Below are positions 1 through 9,432 of a stretch of DNA of 64,000 nucleotides, one piece after another. This DNA comes from an uncultured virus (IMG/VR IMGVR_UViG_3300006735_000014) (Duplodnaviria; Heunggongvirae; Uroviricota; Caudoviricetes). The stretch lies in IMG/VR virus record IMGVR_UViG_3300006735_000014. One strand, written 5' to 3'. Each line of letters opens with the position of its first letter. Positions within the stretch are counted from its first letter, which is position 1. The position numbers and the translations under genes were made by a program. Under the pieces are notes generated by a model. That model did not search any database. It saw only the letters and a list, made by a program, of their open reading frames with translations, and had not been told where the DNA came from.

Positions 1-1255
1 CTGGATTGAATTCTACATAATCATCATCTGTACATCCATCTATTACTGGAATAGTAGGACAAGGTGTTGCTGTTTGTGGTCCTGAATATAATACATTTCC
101 AAAACCTGGATTGTCCATGTACCAAATAGTATCTCCTGCACAATCATATATTACTGCTGCTCCATCAATTGAGCCTCCTGATGTAGAACCTGCCATCCCA
201 TCACCAAAGTCATCATTAAGAATTAATTCAAATGCAGCATTTTGGTCTACACAAAAACTATAAGTATAAGTTTGTCCTATATCATTAAAATCGTATGTTC
301 CTGTTGGATAATCAAATGTATTACCTAACCCATCAACAAATTGCCAACTTGTTTCACCTGGCCAATTATCTAATGTTAATGAAAGTGATATTTGATATTG
401 TGTTGCTGTATCACATGTTGTTCCTGAACATGAACCATCATCAAATGTTGCCCATGGATTATATGATATTTGAGTTGGATCTGTACATCCTCCAATACAT
501 GGTGTCGGTGTATAAGCAATTGTATCAGACATAGAACCATCTGCAAATTCTACCCAACCATAATGTTCTACTGACCAATTAGGTGGCATCTGTCCGTTAC
601 CAGCATAAACTGCAAAATCAGTTGCACCATAACCTAATCCATATTGGAAAGGTCCAACACCATCTTCATTTGAATACCAAAAATTAACTGGCTGGCAATT
701 AGCATTACTATCTAAAGTCCAAAAGAATTGAGCTAATGTTTGTCCGTTTGGTAAACATGTTTGTGATGCATTAGATGTAAGAAATCCACCGCATGGTGGA
801 TAAGTACAAGAACCATCATCTATAGTGGCAAGTGAATCATAATTTGTAGCATTTATATCCATACAACCTGCTAATGGAGGTGCACATGGTGCTATAATTA
901 AAGTATCAGTATATAAAGAACCAAAATCTCCTGCAACATACAATATTGTATCTTGACAATCATTTTGAATTAAGAACCAACCTTCTGGTGATCCATTAAA
1001 TCCTCCTAGTCCATCACCATATTGATCATATAAATTAACAATGATTGTTCCACCTACATTAATTGTTGTATCATACAGAGTTTGATCCTGCATTATAGAA
1101 TCAGACTGTGCAATGATAGGTGAACCCCCTGGAGGTGTAATTGTCCAACTAGTTTCTTCTGGATAATCATCTGTTAATAATTGTATGTTAATCCAACTAT
1201 TCTGTGCTAATAACATTGTTGGCAATAAAGCCAATACTAATAATAATTTTCTCAT
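1..1255 (-). CDS. Secreted Bacteroidota-type protein with signal peptide and Cys-rich GCxD...DDGSC repeats; partial, runs off the window start
   Basis: Not in the ORF track. Manual translation from ATG at 1255 gives MRKLLVLALLPTMLLAQNSWINIQLLTDDYPEETSW..., then GCMDINATNYDSLATIDDGSC, GCTDPTQISYNPWATFDDGSC and GCTDDDYVEFNP. No stop seen before position 1. Confidence 0.75.
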   Translation of the reverse strand, partial: MRKLLLVLALLPTMLLAQNSWINIQLLTDDYPEETSWTITPPGGSPIIAQSDSIMQDQTLYDTTINVGGTIIVNLYDQYGDGLGGFNGSPEGWFLIQNDCQDTILYVAGDFGSLYTDTLIIAPCAPPLAGCMDINATNYDSLATIDDGSCTYPPCGGFLTSNASQTCLPNGQTLAQFFWTLDSNANCQPVNFWYSNEDGVGPFQYGLGYGATDFAVYAGNGQMPPNWSVEHYGWVEFADGSMSDTIAYTPTPCIGGCTDPTQISYNPWATFDDGSCSGTTCDTATQYQISLSLTLDNWPGETSWQFVDGLGNTFDYPTGTYDFNDIGQTYTYSFCVDQNAAFELILNDDFGDGMAGSTSGGSIDGAAVIYDCAGDTIWYMDNPGFGNVLYSGPQTATPCPTIPVIDGCTDDDYVEFNP

Positions 1256-1277
1256 AAACCTTCTCCTTAATTTATTA

Positions 1278-1583
1278 TTAACAACAACTTCCTTTGTCGC
1301 CGCCTTTACATGGTTTGCATTTACAATTTACGTACCATGCCCATCCAGCTGTTACTGCTAATAGACCTAATGCCCACCAATTATTAACACCAAATAAGCA
1401 TCCAGCACCTACTGCTAAAACATATGCTCCATAACAATTAATGTAACATAATATTAAATTATATAGACTTCTGTTCTCATCTATATTTTCCATAATTTTT
1501 TCGTCAATAGTTGTTGAATCTAAAACTTTCTTTACAACTTTCTTTGCAGTTTTCTTAACTGCTGCTTTAACTTTTTTTGCCAT
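1278..1583 (-). CDS. Small membrane protein with Lys/Ala-rich N-terminus and Cys-rich C-terminus
   Basis: MAKKVKAAVKKTAKKVVKK start, two hydrophobic segments, CKCKPC...SCC tail; GGAG upstream. Confidence 0.6.
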   Translation of the reverse strand: MAKKVKAAVKKTAKKVVKKVLDSTTIDEKIMENIDENRSLYNLILCYINCYGAYVLAVGAGCLFGVNNWWALGLLAVTAGWAWYVNCKCKPCKGGDKGSCC

Positions 1584-1598
1584 TTTGATTTCTCCGTT

Positions 1599-1925
1599 TT
1601 ATTTATCAATCTCAGGATGGTAACCTAAGTATACTTTTTTAACTGATTTTCCTTTTGATGTTCCATCTGCTTTTAACTCTGCAGGAACAATATTATCTGG
1701 TGTTTCATACCAATACTGTACATCATATCCACCATCTTTTTTCCATGTCACTATTAATCCTCTTTGGTATTCTTCTGAATCTGCTTTTAATATTACTTTT
1801 TTATCTACTGGTAATACCATATCAGGCTTTAATACAACTTTAGGTTCTTCAGGTTTCATATTTTTAGGTATTTCTATAAACCCAGAACCCTTAACTAAGT
1901 CTGCTAATTTAATTTTATCTGCCAT
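1599..1925 (-). CDS. Hypothetical protein, possibly virion-associated
   Basis: 108 aa ORF coupled to its neighbour; IKLADL N-terminal motif. Confidence 0.6.
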   Translation of the reverse strand: MADKIKLADLVKGSGFIEIPKNMKPEEPKVVLKPDMVLPVDKKVILKADSEEYQRGLIVTWKKDGGYDVQYWYETPDNIVPAELKADGTSKGKSVKKVYLGYHPEIDK

Positions 1926-2767
1926 TATATTTTCTCTAATTGATCTGATGTTTTAGTTAATATATCTCCTGGCTTATAAGTATCTCCAGAATTAGTAACA
2001 GAATATCTTACCATTCCTTTACTTGGTATCTGAATAACAATTCCTTTAGATCCATAATGTACACATCCTGGATTAGTATTGTTAATTACATCTCCTGTAC
2101 CAAATGTATATCCTCCTCCAGCTTCATGACTTTCAGTTGCAACTTTCAGATTTGCTTTTGCAGCTTTCATTTTATCTTTAGCAGATTTGATTGTATCTTT
2201 TTCTGCTTCTTTTGCAGCTTTTGCTTTTGCTTTAGCCGCATCCATCTCTGCTTGAGCCGCTTCCATTTCTGCATCTACTTCTGCTGCAGATATTTCTGAT
2301 AAAGGATTATGTTTCATCTTTATCATATTTCTTTCTGATGGTAATACTCCTAGAAAGCTTTCTTTTATTAAATTTACTAATTTCATATCCTTTCTCCTTG
2401 GATTATAATGATCTGACATTGATGGTCCTTTTGGCTCTTCCTTTTCTTCCTCTTCTTCATCCTCTTCTGTCTCTTCATCTTCTGGTTCTTTATCGGCTGG
2501 GGCCTCATCTCCACTATGCAATTGTTCCATTCCTTTGTTATAAGTTTCGATATCCACTTTATTACCTTGTACACTTAAGAATTCTACTTCTGGATATGAA
2601 AATTGTATCATATCTCCGTTTTCATCCATTCCAAATCCCATTAATGCATCTTCTACATCGGATGCATCAGTAACCGTTAAAAATCTACCAGATACATATA
2701 CTTTAATTGGTACACCTGATAATACAAATTGTCCAATTATAACGTTATTAAATGCTTTTGGTGCCAT
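1925..2767 (-). CDS. Hypothetical modular protein (acidic linker, Ala-rich coil, C-terminal KOW/SH3-like module); probable head-associated protein
   Basis: 280 aa; poly-E tract, internal MKLVNLIKE, C-terminal FGTGDVI...HYGSKGIV. Confidence 0.6.
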   Translation of the reverse strand: MAPKAFNNVIIGQFVLSGVPIKVYVSGRFLTVTDASDVEDALMGFGMDENGDMIQFSYPEVEFLSVQGNKVDIETYNKGMEQLHSGDEAPADKEPEDEETEEDEEEEEKEEPKGPSMSDHYNPRRKDMKLVNLIKESFLGVLPSERNMIKMKHNPLSEISAAEVDAEMEAAQAEMDAAKAKAKAAKEAEKDTIKSAKDKMKAAKANLKVATESHEAGGGYTFGTGDVINNTNPGCVHYGSKGIVIQIPSKGMVRYSVTNSGDTYKPGDILTKTSDQLEKI

Positions 2768-2768
2768 A

Positions 2769-3671
2769 TTATTTCCCTTTCTTTATATTTGCAATCTTCT
2801 GAAAATGTTCTTTAAGAGTAACTCCTTCACCAAATGGCTCAGTAACATTTATTTTTCCTTTAGCTAATGCTTTTAATTTTACTTCTGGATCACCACCTTG
2901 GTCTGATTGAGGCATAGACTTTCTACCAGGTGCACCTGTTGCATATTTTCTTTTGATCATAAGTTCTAGATTAGTAAAGATTGCAGTTGCAATATCTCCT
3001 GGATTAACAATTTCTATTTTCTTTCTTCCTGCATATACAGGTGAATTATCCATCCAAGTCTTTTCAACATCCTTTCCTAAGTTTCCTTCTACCTTTTGTT
3101 GAATTGTAGCTAAATCAACTCCTTTCAATAAATTCTCGCCCTCTGGATTAGATGCAGGAACTTTACCTAATTGTGCTGCAATTGCTCCGTGAACTACTTT
3201 TAACATATCTGTATGAGTAAATCCTGGTTTCTCTGCTATATCCAAAGCATCTAGTTTCGCAAATGGATTAGCTGCAAATACCTGACTCCATCTATGATGG
3301 CCATCTATAATATATTGTCCTGCATATGTTACAATTGGTCCTCCTACATCAGCATTTCCTTTAAGAAATGAATCTAATGAACCATATTGATCAGTTAATA
3401 AATTCATAACACTTTGATCAAATCCAATTTCATTTTGAGTTGGCAATAACTTCATTACCTGAATTGTTTTAGATGAATATGGAAATTTATCATCATTAGG
3501 ATCGCCGTCTTTATCACCTGCATTCAATAAAGCTTGCACTTTTGGATCACCAATTACATTGGCTAATTTTTTTCTACCGATTGCTACTGATCCTCCCTTC
3601 TGTTTATCTCCAAATACTCCGGCCAAGTCATCAGCTGGAGCTTCTTTTAACAAATCCTTTAATTTTAACAT
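2769..3671 (-). CDS. ParB/Srx-like N-terminal nuclease domain protein with MLKLKDLLKE leader
   Basis: LLPTQNEI and IIDGHHRW motifs typical of the ParBc/sulfiredoxin fold. Confidence 0.7.
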   Translation of the reverse strand: MLKLKDLLKEAPADDLAGVFGDKQKGGSVAIGRKKLANVIGDPKVQALLNAGDKDGDPNDDKFPYSSKTIQVMKLLPTQNEIGFDQSVMNLLTDQYGSLDSFLKGNADVGGPIVTYAGQYIIDGHHRWSQVFAANPFAKLDALDIAEKPGFTHTDMLKVVHGAIAAQLGKVPASNPEGENLLKGVDLATIQQKVEGNLGKDVEKTWMDNSPVYAGRKKIEIVNPGDIATAIFTNLELMIKRKYATGAPGRKSMPQSDQGGDPEVKLKALAKGKINVTEPFGEGVTLKEHFQKIANIKKGK

Positions 3672-3692
3672 AATTATCCCTATTATTTATTT

Positions 3693-3704
3693 TAATATAA
3701 ATAT
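3693..3704 (-). promoter_or_regulatory. Candidate late-promoter motif ATATTTATATTA
   Basis: Intergenic, 22 nt upstream of the 3671 start; the same 12-mer occurs at 11162 and 33636. Confidence 0.6.
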
Positions 3705-3715
3705 GCAGTTGGATA

Positions 3716-4060
3716 CTATTTCCAAAGAATTTGTATAAGAACTAATGAACAAGCTAGGACTAATGATACTGCAGTCTTAGCATTAATGCCTTCATTCATA
3801 TAAAGGTTAGTTAATATAGCAAATGTTACCATACCACATGCAAATCCTATAAATCTACCTGGCCATAATGCTCCATCGAAGTGTTCTACTACAAATTTAG
3901 TTCCCCAAATAAACCCATATGATATTGGTATTGAAAATATACATGCTACCCAAAAAGGGTTTTCTTCAAACCATTTCCATCTAAATTGTCCATTAGTTTG
4001 AAACCATATTAATGCTTGGCCTATTGTATATAATATTATTCCTGCTATTAATTTACTCAT
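3716..4060 (-). CDS. Small multi-pass membrane protein (about four TM segments)
   Basis: 114 aa, almost entirely hydrophobic helices. Confidence 0.65.
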   Translation of the reverse strand: MSKLIAGIILYTIGQALIWFQTNGQFRWKWFEENPFWVACIFSIPISYGFIWGTKFVVEHFDGALWPGRFIGFACGMVTFAILTNLYMNEGINAKTAVSLVLACSLVLIQILWK

Positions 4061-5346
4061 TATACTGTTCTTCCATTTTCGTAAACATGTTTTACCGTTG
4101 GAAATCTTAAACTAATACCGCCTTCTTGGTTTTTAGTTTCTTCAAAATACTGAACGGTAATTGTTTTACCTATTAATAATTCTGGGTTGGCTTCATATTT
4201 TATTCTTTGTTCTTGGTTCCAACCTGAACCAACTGCTACCTCATAACCTTTATGAGTAATATAAGCTTGCGCTAACATTGGTACTACAACTTCTTTTCCA
4301 TCTCTAATAATTCTATGATTATCAAAATCAAGACTTTCAACTACATATTCTGCATCAAAGAACTTTTTACACTTCAATAAGTTTTTAGATCTCTTACCTT
4401 CATACCCAACATCTTTTCTTAACATAATTCCTTCATAACCTTTACGCTGAGCTTCTTCAATTTGATAACCAAGGTTGGTTTCATCTTGAACAACGTTTTG
4501 TTCTAATACGCTTAATGAATTATCAACTCCCCAACAATTTGTAATTGCCTTTTTAATTCTATCTGATAATTTTGTATCTCCTACTTTGTTATCAAACTCT
4601 TCCAATGTTAAATAATCAAATACAATATAGTTTGGATTGGCAATAGTATGATCTTTTCTTTTAATTTGTTTCATAATACCTTGGAAATCTTCATTACCAT
4701 CTTTATCCATTAAACAAATCTCTCCATCTAAAACAAAATTACCTGGCATCTTTGCAACATCATCTATTACCTTTTGTAAGGTTGTAAACTCATTACCTTG
4801 TCTAGAATAAGCAATAACCGAATCTTCTTCTTTTCTAATAATACATCTTACACCGTCTAATTTTCTAGATGATAACCATGTTTCTTTTTCAAAGTCACAA
4901 AATTTAGGTTCATATTTAGTTGCTAAAGCTACATCAAATGTCGGAATCAAATTTGGAATAACCTTATTGATAACCGATGAAGAAGCTCTTATCTCCATGT
5001 TTCTATCTATAATACTAAAGATCAAATCTTCATATTCTTTATGTTGAAGTATAAATGCATTTACCATTGCAATTGCATCATGTCCTGTATATACTCTATC
5101 ATTGAGGTCATTTAATAAACTAAATATTGTTTCATGAATTGAATTCATATCACATATATCTTCGTTCTTTTTACAGGTCTTACTAGTTACATAGTATTTC
5201 TTATAAGGATCATATGCATAAACTAATGCACTTTTAATAAATGGATTCTTTCCGTAGGCATTAATAATAGCTTTCTTAGCAATAAGAGAACTATTGTTTT
5301 TCATTTCATCTACGAATGCTTGGAGTACTTCTAGGTTTTCTTTCAT
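4060..5346 (-). CDS. ATP-dependent DNA ligase
   Basis: KLDGVR adenylation motif I, LDGEI, VFDY, EGIMLR, LLKCKK, C-terminal OB fold ending SLRFP. Confidence 0.95.
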   Translation of the reverse strand: MKENLEVLQAFVDEMKNNSSLIAKKAIINAYGKNPFIKSALVYAYDPYKKYYVTSKTCKKNEDICDMNSIHETIFSLLNDLNDRVYTGHDAIAMVNAFILQHKEYEDLIFSIIDRNMEIRASSSVINKVIPNLIPTFDVALATKYEPKFCDFEKETWLSSRKLDGVRCIIRKEEDSVIAYSRQGNEFTTLQKVIDDVAKMPGNFVLDGEICLMDKDGNEDFQGIMKQIKRKDHTIANPNYIVFDYLTLEEFDNKVGDTKLSDRIKKAITNCWGVDNSLSVLEQNVVQDETNLGYQIEEAQRKGYEGIMLRKDVGYEGKRSKNLLKCKKFFDAEYVVESLDFDNHRIIRDGKEVVVPMLAQAYITHKGYEVAVGSGWNQEQRIKYEANPELLIGKTITVQYFEETKNQEGGISLRFPTVKHVYENGRTV

Positions 5347-5367
5347 CTTTTATATTATTTATTTATA

Positions 5368-5420
5368 ATATAAAGATAAGAAAAAAATCTCGTAATACCA
5401 AATCTTTTGGCAGCTTTTTT
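5368..5420 (-). promoter_or_regulatory. Host-sigma-type promoter TTTG-N20-TATCTTTA inside a 53-bp element repeated at 49211-49263
   Basis: Minus strand reads AAAAAAGCTGCCAAAAGA-TTTG-gtattacgagatttttttct-TATCTTTA-TAT; directly upstream of the ligase gene. Confidence 0.7.
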
Positions 5421-5430
5421 CCAGAAAAGT

Positions 5431-8400
5431 TTAACTGGCTGTAAATGTATTTATTAATGTTTTTGGTCTTTCGAATTGGAGCGATGATGATTTTTCAGCA
5501 GCACTATCTTGGTTTTCTGTATATTTGTTATTTGATACGTCACTAGTCATATACCCAGGATTTGATTGAACAACTCCATCAACACTACCAGATATTTCAT
5601 ATGCAGTATCAACTGGTATTTTCCATTTATCTGATAAATACACAAGTACTGTATTTATTTCTTCTACAGATAAAGCTTTATTATACATGAGTTGTTCCAT
5701 CATATTACCTGAATAAGAATAAGATCCAATTGTGCCAGTACCAAGACCAACATCAATAGCTGCTTCATTGGTATTATCAGGATGAAGATGATTAGCCCAA
5801 AGCGCTCCTATAGTTGGCATTGCAGCTGAACCAGTCATTCTCCAATCAGCTGTAACACTATCTTTTTCATCATTACGGAACTCTGGTCCTCCTGATAACC
5901 AAAATGATGCAGTATGTGCTGTAACTCCATCTGAATCAAGTCTTACACATGTTATTCTAGGCATCCTTTGCATTGGATCACGAAAAGTTATTTGTTCTAC
6001 ATAATTATCAGTTCCTCGACGACCATGGATTAACTCATCTCCTTCCAAGCTCTTCCAAGATAATCTTCTATTCAATGTCACATTTGATCCTGTACTTGGA
6101 TAAGGATATGCATATCCAGAACCTGTAAACGCAGATGCATATAATGCTGCACCCCTTATATCAAAAATTAATTTTCCATCCGATGTATGAGTATCCATGA
6201 GTTGTATATAATGTCCTCCATTAAATTGTTGATCATAGACTTGGTATCGCTCTGCAGTTGCTCCTCTATCAGAATAGATATAACTGTTATAATTAAAATC
6301 TTTAGTTCCATGTGTCACAATAAAATGAGTAAAACTTGATGCATCATGAAGTTGGTCTTTTGAAGTTAAAGCTATAAATTTATTCCTATGGAATTCAACA
6401 TGAGGAACTCCTTGCCACTTCCCACCTAGTTCTACTACCTGACCTGTCCCTCTATCTCTAGAATATCCTAAATATCCTGTTCTATAATATGAACTTCCTG
6501 AATACCAGTTTGGTCCATAACCCATTGGAGTATGTCTATGACGATCATTAGAATTTACTGGTTCAAATGTTATATTTGGATTAATTGCATCTTCTGAGTT
6601 TTTCCATCGATATATAGGTTCACCGTCTTGTACTGGCCTTTCTTCACCATCTTGTACATAAAATTTTATTTGATTGATATCAATATGACTTCCTGTTGCA
6701 AAATGGCCTATCATAAATCTTACAGCTGAAACAGAACTAGTATTGGCTAAACAATTGATTCTATATGGATCTAATGATGCACTTCCATTTGAGTCTATAC
6801 CATGGTAACTTCCGCTCCTAACAGATTCTCCTACATACCATACATCATTGTTTTGTAAATTAAGATCTGATCCTGTTGAATAAGTTTGATGGTTAAAAAC
6901 AACTCTTCTGAATGTACCTGCAGAATTAGTAGGATCTCCAGTTGTCTTAAATGCATCTGAAACAACTTGCAGATCCCAGGAGGTTGGCATTGAACTTCTT
7001 GTTAATGCATATAATTCTATTTTCTTTAGTACCTGAGGTGTTTCAAATTGGTATGTTATTTCAACCATTCCTCCAGCATTTACATTTGCAAAATCAGTCA
7101 TTAGATCATAACTTGCGCTGTTATGTGATATTCTCCAAGCAGAAGAATGATCGCCATCTATTGCACTTGCTGAATTTGGTGCACTCAATATTGCTCCATT
7201 AGGTGCTATATCTGATCTACTAGCACTGTTACTAGTACTTCCACCTGTTACCTTGGTTCCCCAATGTGCATACAATCGTGAATGATCTAGCTCTAAAGAT
7301 TTAGTTGTAAACGTCATTATTCTTGAAGTATCAGATGCATCTATATGTAACATTTTTTGTGCATCTATAGCATCAAAATTTGATTTTAATTGTTGAGCAG
7401 CTGTTAATGGTTTATCAATACCTTTTGTTCCTTGATATAATAATCTTGTTTCTGGCCAGTTCTGTAATGTTTCATAATACCTTTGTGCTCTTGCATTATC
7501 TTGTTCAAATAATAATCTAGCTCTCCTACCATCTTGTTCAAATAATAAACTATTATCAGAAACTGATTTCCATTCTTCCCATGTTAATACTGATTTAGGT
7601 TGTGGTCTATTTACCCATGGATCATTTTGTTCTGGTTGTAATCTAAATACATAGTCATGTATACTAGATAATCGTTGTTGTTGAATATCTTTACGTTCTG
7701 AATCTAGTATTTGTTGAACTTCATTTAATACATTATTAACTTGGATTCGTTGTTCTTTATTTTGTTCAGCTAATATTTGTTGTCTTTCTGCATATGCTTC
7801 CCAATCAATTTGTTCTTGTTTTCTTTTTTCTGCAGTTTTTTCTAATCTTTGTTCTAACTGTTCTCTTTCAAAAGATTCAACCTCTTCTTGTATACGTTTG
7901 GCTTCTTGCAAATCTTCTTGTTCTTCTTTAGACCAACGATCAAGTTTTTCAGATTCTAATAATTGTTCAGCTTCTATACGTTCCATTTCTTCTAGTTGCA
8001 ATCTTTCTTGTTCTTCAATTGCATCTAATCTATCTTGTTCTTTTATAGATTCTATATAATGTACTTCTTCAGCTAGTTCTGCTGCTTGTTGTTTTTTTAA
8101 TTCTTCACGCGCATCATATTCGCCTGATAAAATTTCTTTAAGAGTTACTTTTTGGTCTTGTCTAAAACTTTTTTCTTTAAGAGTATTTTCTTTTTCTTGA
8201 GCTAACTTAAGAGATTTTTCAGCTGTTAATTTTAATAAACGTTCTTGTTCTTCATATTTTCTTTGTTGTTCAGATTCATAAATTTTTGCATTTTCTTCAG
8301 CTAAATATCTATTATGTTCTTCTAACTCTCTACGTGTTATTTCAGCTTGTTCTTTTTCAAACCGTTTCCATTCCTGTTCTTCTTTTAATAACTGAGCTTG

Positions 8401-8472
8401 TTCCTGGGCTTGTATCTTTGCTTCTTCAATACGCTTTCTTTTGGCTTCTGTTTTTTGTCTAAATGATTTCAT
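5431..8472 (-). CDS. Large fibre-like protein: N-terminal E/Q/K-rich coiled coil, C-terminal discoidin-like and LamG/concanavalin-like domains
   Basis: About 300 aa charged helical region; HIDASD...DGEPIYRWKN...YSGNMMEQLMYNKALSVEEINTVLVYLSDKW pattern of LamG-like domains; SAIDGD...ITYQFETPQVLKKIELY resembles F5/8 type C. Confidence 0.55.
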   Translation of the reverse strand: MKSFRQKTEAKRKRIEEAKIQAQEQAQLLKEEQEWKRFEKEQAEITRRELEEHNRYLAEENAKIYESEQQRKYEEQERLLKLTAEKSLKLAQEKENTLKEKSFRQDQKVTLKEILSGEYDAREELKKQQAAELAEEVHYIESIKEQDRLDAIEEQERLQLEEMERIEAEQLLESEKLDRWSKEEQEDLQEAKRIQEEVESFEREQLEQRLEKTAEKRKQEQIDWEAYAERQQILAEQNKEQRIQVNNVLNEVQQILDSERKDIQQQRLSSIHDYVFRLQPEQNDPWVNRPQPKSVLTWEEWKSVSDNSLLFEQDGRRARLLFEQDNARAQRYYETLQNWPETRLLYQGTKGIDKPLTAAQQLKSNFDAIDAQKMLHIDASDTSRIMTFTTKSLELDHSRLYAHWGTKVTGGSTSNSASRSDIAPNGAILSAPNSASAIDGDHSSAWRISHNSASYDLMTDFANVNAGGMVEITYQFETPQVLKKIELYALTRSSMPTSWDLQVVSDAFKTTGDPTNSAGTFRRVVFNHQTYSTGSDLNLQNNDVWYVGESVRSGSYHGIDSNGSASLDPYRINCLANTSSVSAVRFMIGHFATGSHIDINQIKFYVQDGEERPVQDGEPIYRWKNSEDAINPNITFEPVNSNDRHRHTPMGYGPNWYSGSSYYRTGYLGYSRDRGTGQVVELGGKWQGVPHVEFHRNKFIALTSKDQLHDASSFTHFIVTHGTKDFNYNSYIYSDRGATAERYQVYDQQFNGGHYIQLMDTHTSDGKLIFDIRGAALYASAFTGSGYAYPYPSTGSNVTLNRRLSWKSLEGDELIHGRRGTDNYVEQITFRDPMQRMPRITCVRLDSDGVTAHTASFWLSGGPEFRNDEKDSVTADWRMTGSAAMPTIGALWANHLHPDNTNEAAIDVGLGTGTIGSYSYSGNMMEQLMYNKALSVEEINTVLVYLSDKWKIPVDTAYEISGSVDGVVQSNPGYMTSDVSNNKYTENQDSAAEKSSSLQFERPKTLINTFTAS

Positions 8473-8474
8473 AA

Positions 8475-8921
8475 CTATATTATTTGTTTTATTACATCTA
8501 ATTCGGAAGGATTAATTCTTAATTCTTGATCACCAATTTCCGGCTTACTATCTGGTATGTCTTCTGCCATTACTACATCACCTGACATTTCCCATGGTCC
8601 CCAATGTCCTTCATCAACCATAAACTTTGCTGCTTCTTCTGGAGTGTAATAATGACATTCTTCAGGATTGACTCTACCCAATGCATAATATACTTGTTTT
8701 GGTATTTCTAATTTTCTACCATTAGAATGATCTAATATTGTATCTCTTGATTCTACCCAACAATGACCGTACCTCATTCCTTCTAATGCACCTTGACCAT
8801 TAACCATACCATGTACTAGTTTATGTTCTTTATCTCCAAAGAATTCCATTATAAGTCTTCCGCCTGCAGGATAACAGTCACCCATCTTTCCTTCTAATAA
8901 TATTTGTTTTAATTTAATCAT
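8475..8921 (-). CDS. Hypothetical protein with Cys-His-Asp (papain/transglutaminase-like) pattern and MIKLKQILLE leader
   Basis: GDCY...GHCWVE...ILDHS. Confidence 0.55.
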   Translation of the reverse strand: MIKLKQILLEGKMGDCYPAGGRLIMEFFGDKEHKLVHGMVNGQGALEGMRYGHCWVESRDTILDHSNGRKLEIPKQVYYALGRVNPEECHYYTPEEAAKFMVDEGHWGPWEMSGDVVMAEDIPDSKPEIGDQELRINPSELDVIKQII

Positions 8922-9432
8922 TTATTTCTGGGTCTTCTTCAACGTATCGGTTTGGATCTAAATCCTTTGCATATTTTTTATCTACAAATTGTTCTTGTCC
9001 TACTGGATCATATATATTACCTTTTTTATCTACTAACCAATAATGTGGAATATATTTCCAAGCTTCTGAATACTTACTATTTTCAATCCAAGCCTCTCTT
9101 TCTTTAGCACTATTAAAGTTACCACCATCATCTAAAAATTCTTGTTTCATTTCTTTAGTGAAATCTTTTTTACCTGATACCACTTTATCTGCTATAAAGA
9201 ATCCTTGTGTTTTGTTTGGAAATGGACTATCTAATTCTATACCATATTCTTTTTTTGCAAAACTCTTAAGATCTAATGCGGCTGGTCCACAGTTATCTCG
9301 TTTACAATAATATTTGTGCATAGATCCTCCAGTCCAATTATTAACATTAGCTTTGGTCTTTTCTCTCCAAGCATCTATTACCTCTTCCGGCTTTAGAGTT
9401 ATTGATTCTAATAATTGTTTTAGTTTTATCAT
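8914..9432 (-). CDS. Hypothetical protein with Cys-His-Asp (papain/transglutaminase-like) pattern and MIKLKQLLE leader
   Basis: NCGPAA...PHYWLVD...IYDP. Start moved to ATG 9432, which overlaps the upstream stop (ATGA). Confidence 0.55.
   Translation of the reverse strand: MIKLKQLLESITLKPEEVIDAWREKTKANVNNWTGGSMHKYYCKRDNCGPAALDLKSFAKKEYGIELDSPFPNKTQGFFIADKVVSGKKDFTKEMKQEFLDDGGNFNSAKEREAWIENSKYSEAWKYIPHYWLVDKKGNIYDPVGQEQFVDKKYAKDLDPNRYVEEDPEIND

Noticed and set aside
7500..8472. Repetitive ttcttg/ttcttc-rich DNA as a tandem repeat array
   Set aside because: Explained by Glu/Gln/Lys codons of the coiled-coil protein; no fixed-period DNA repeat.
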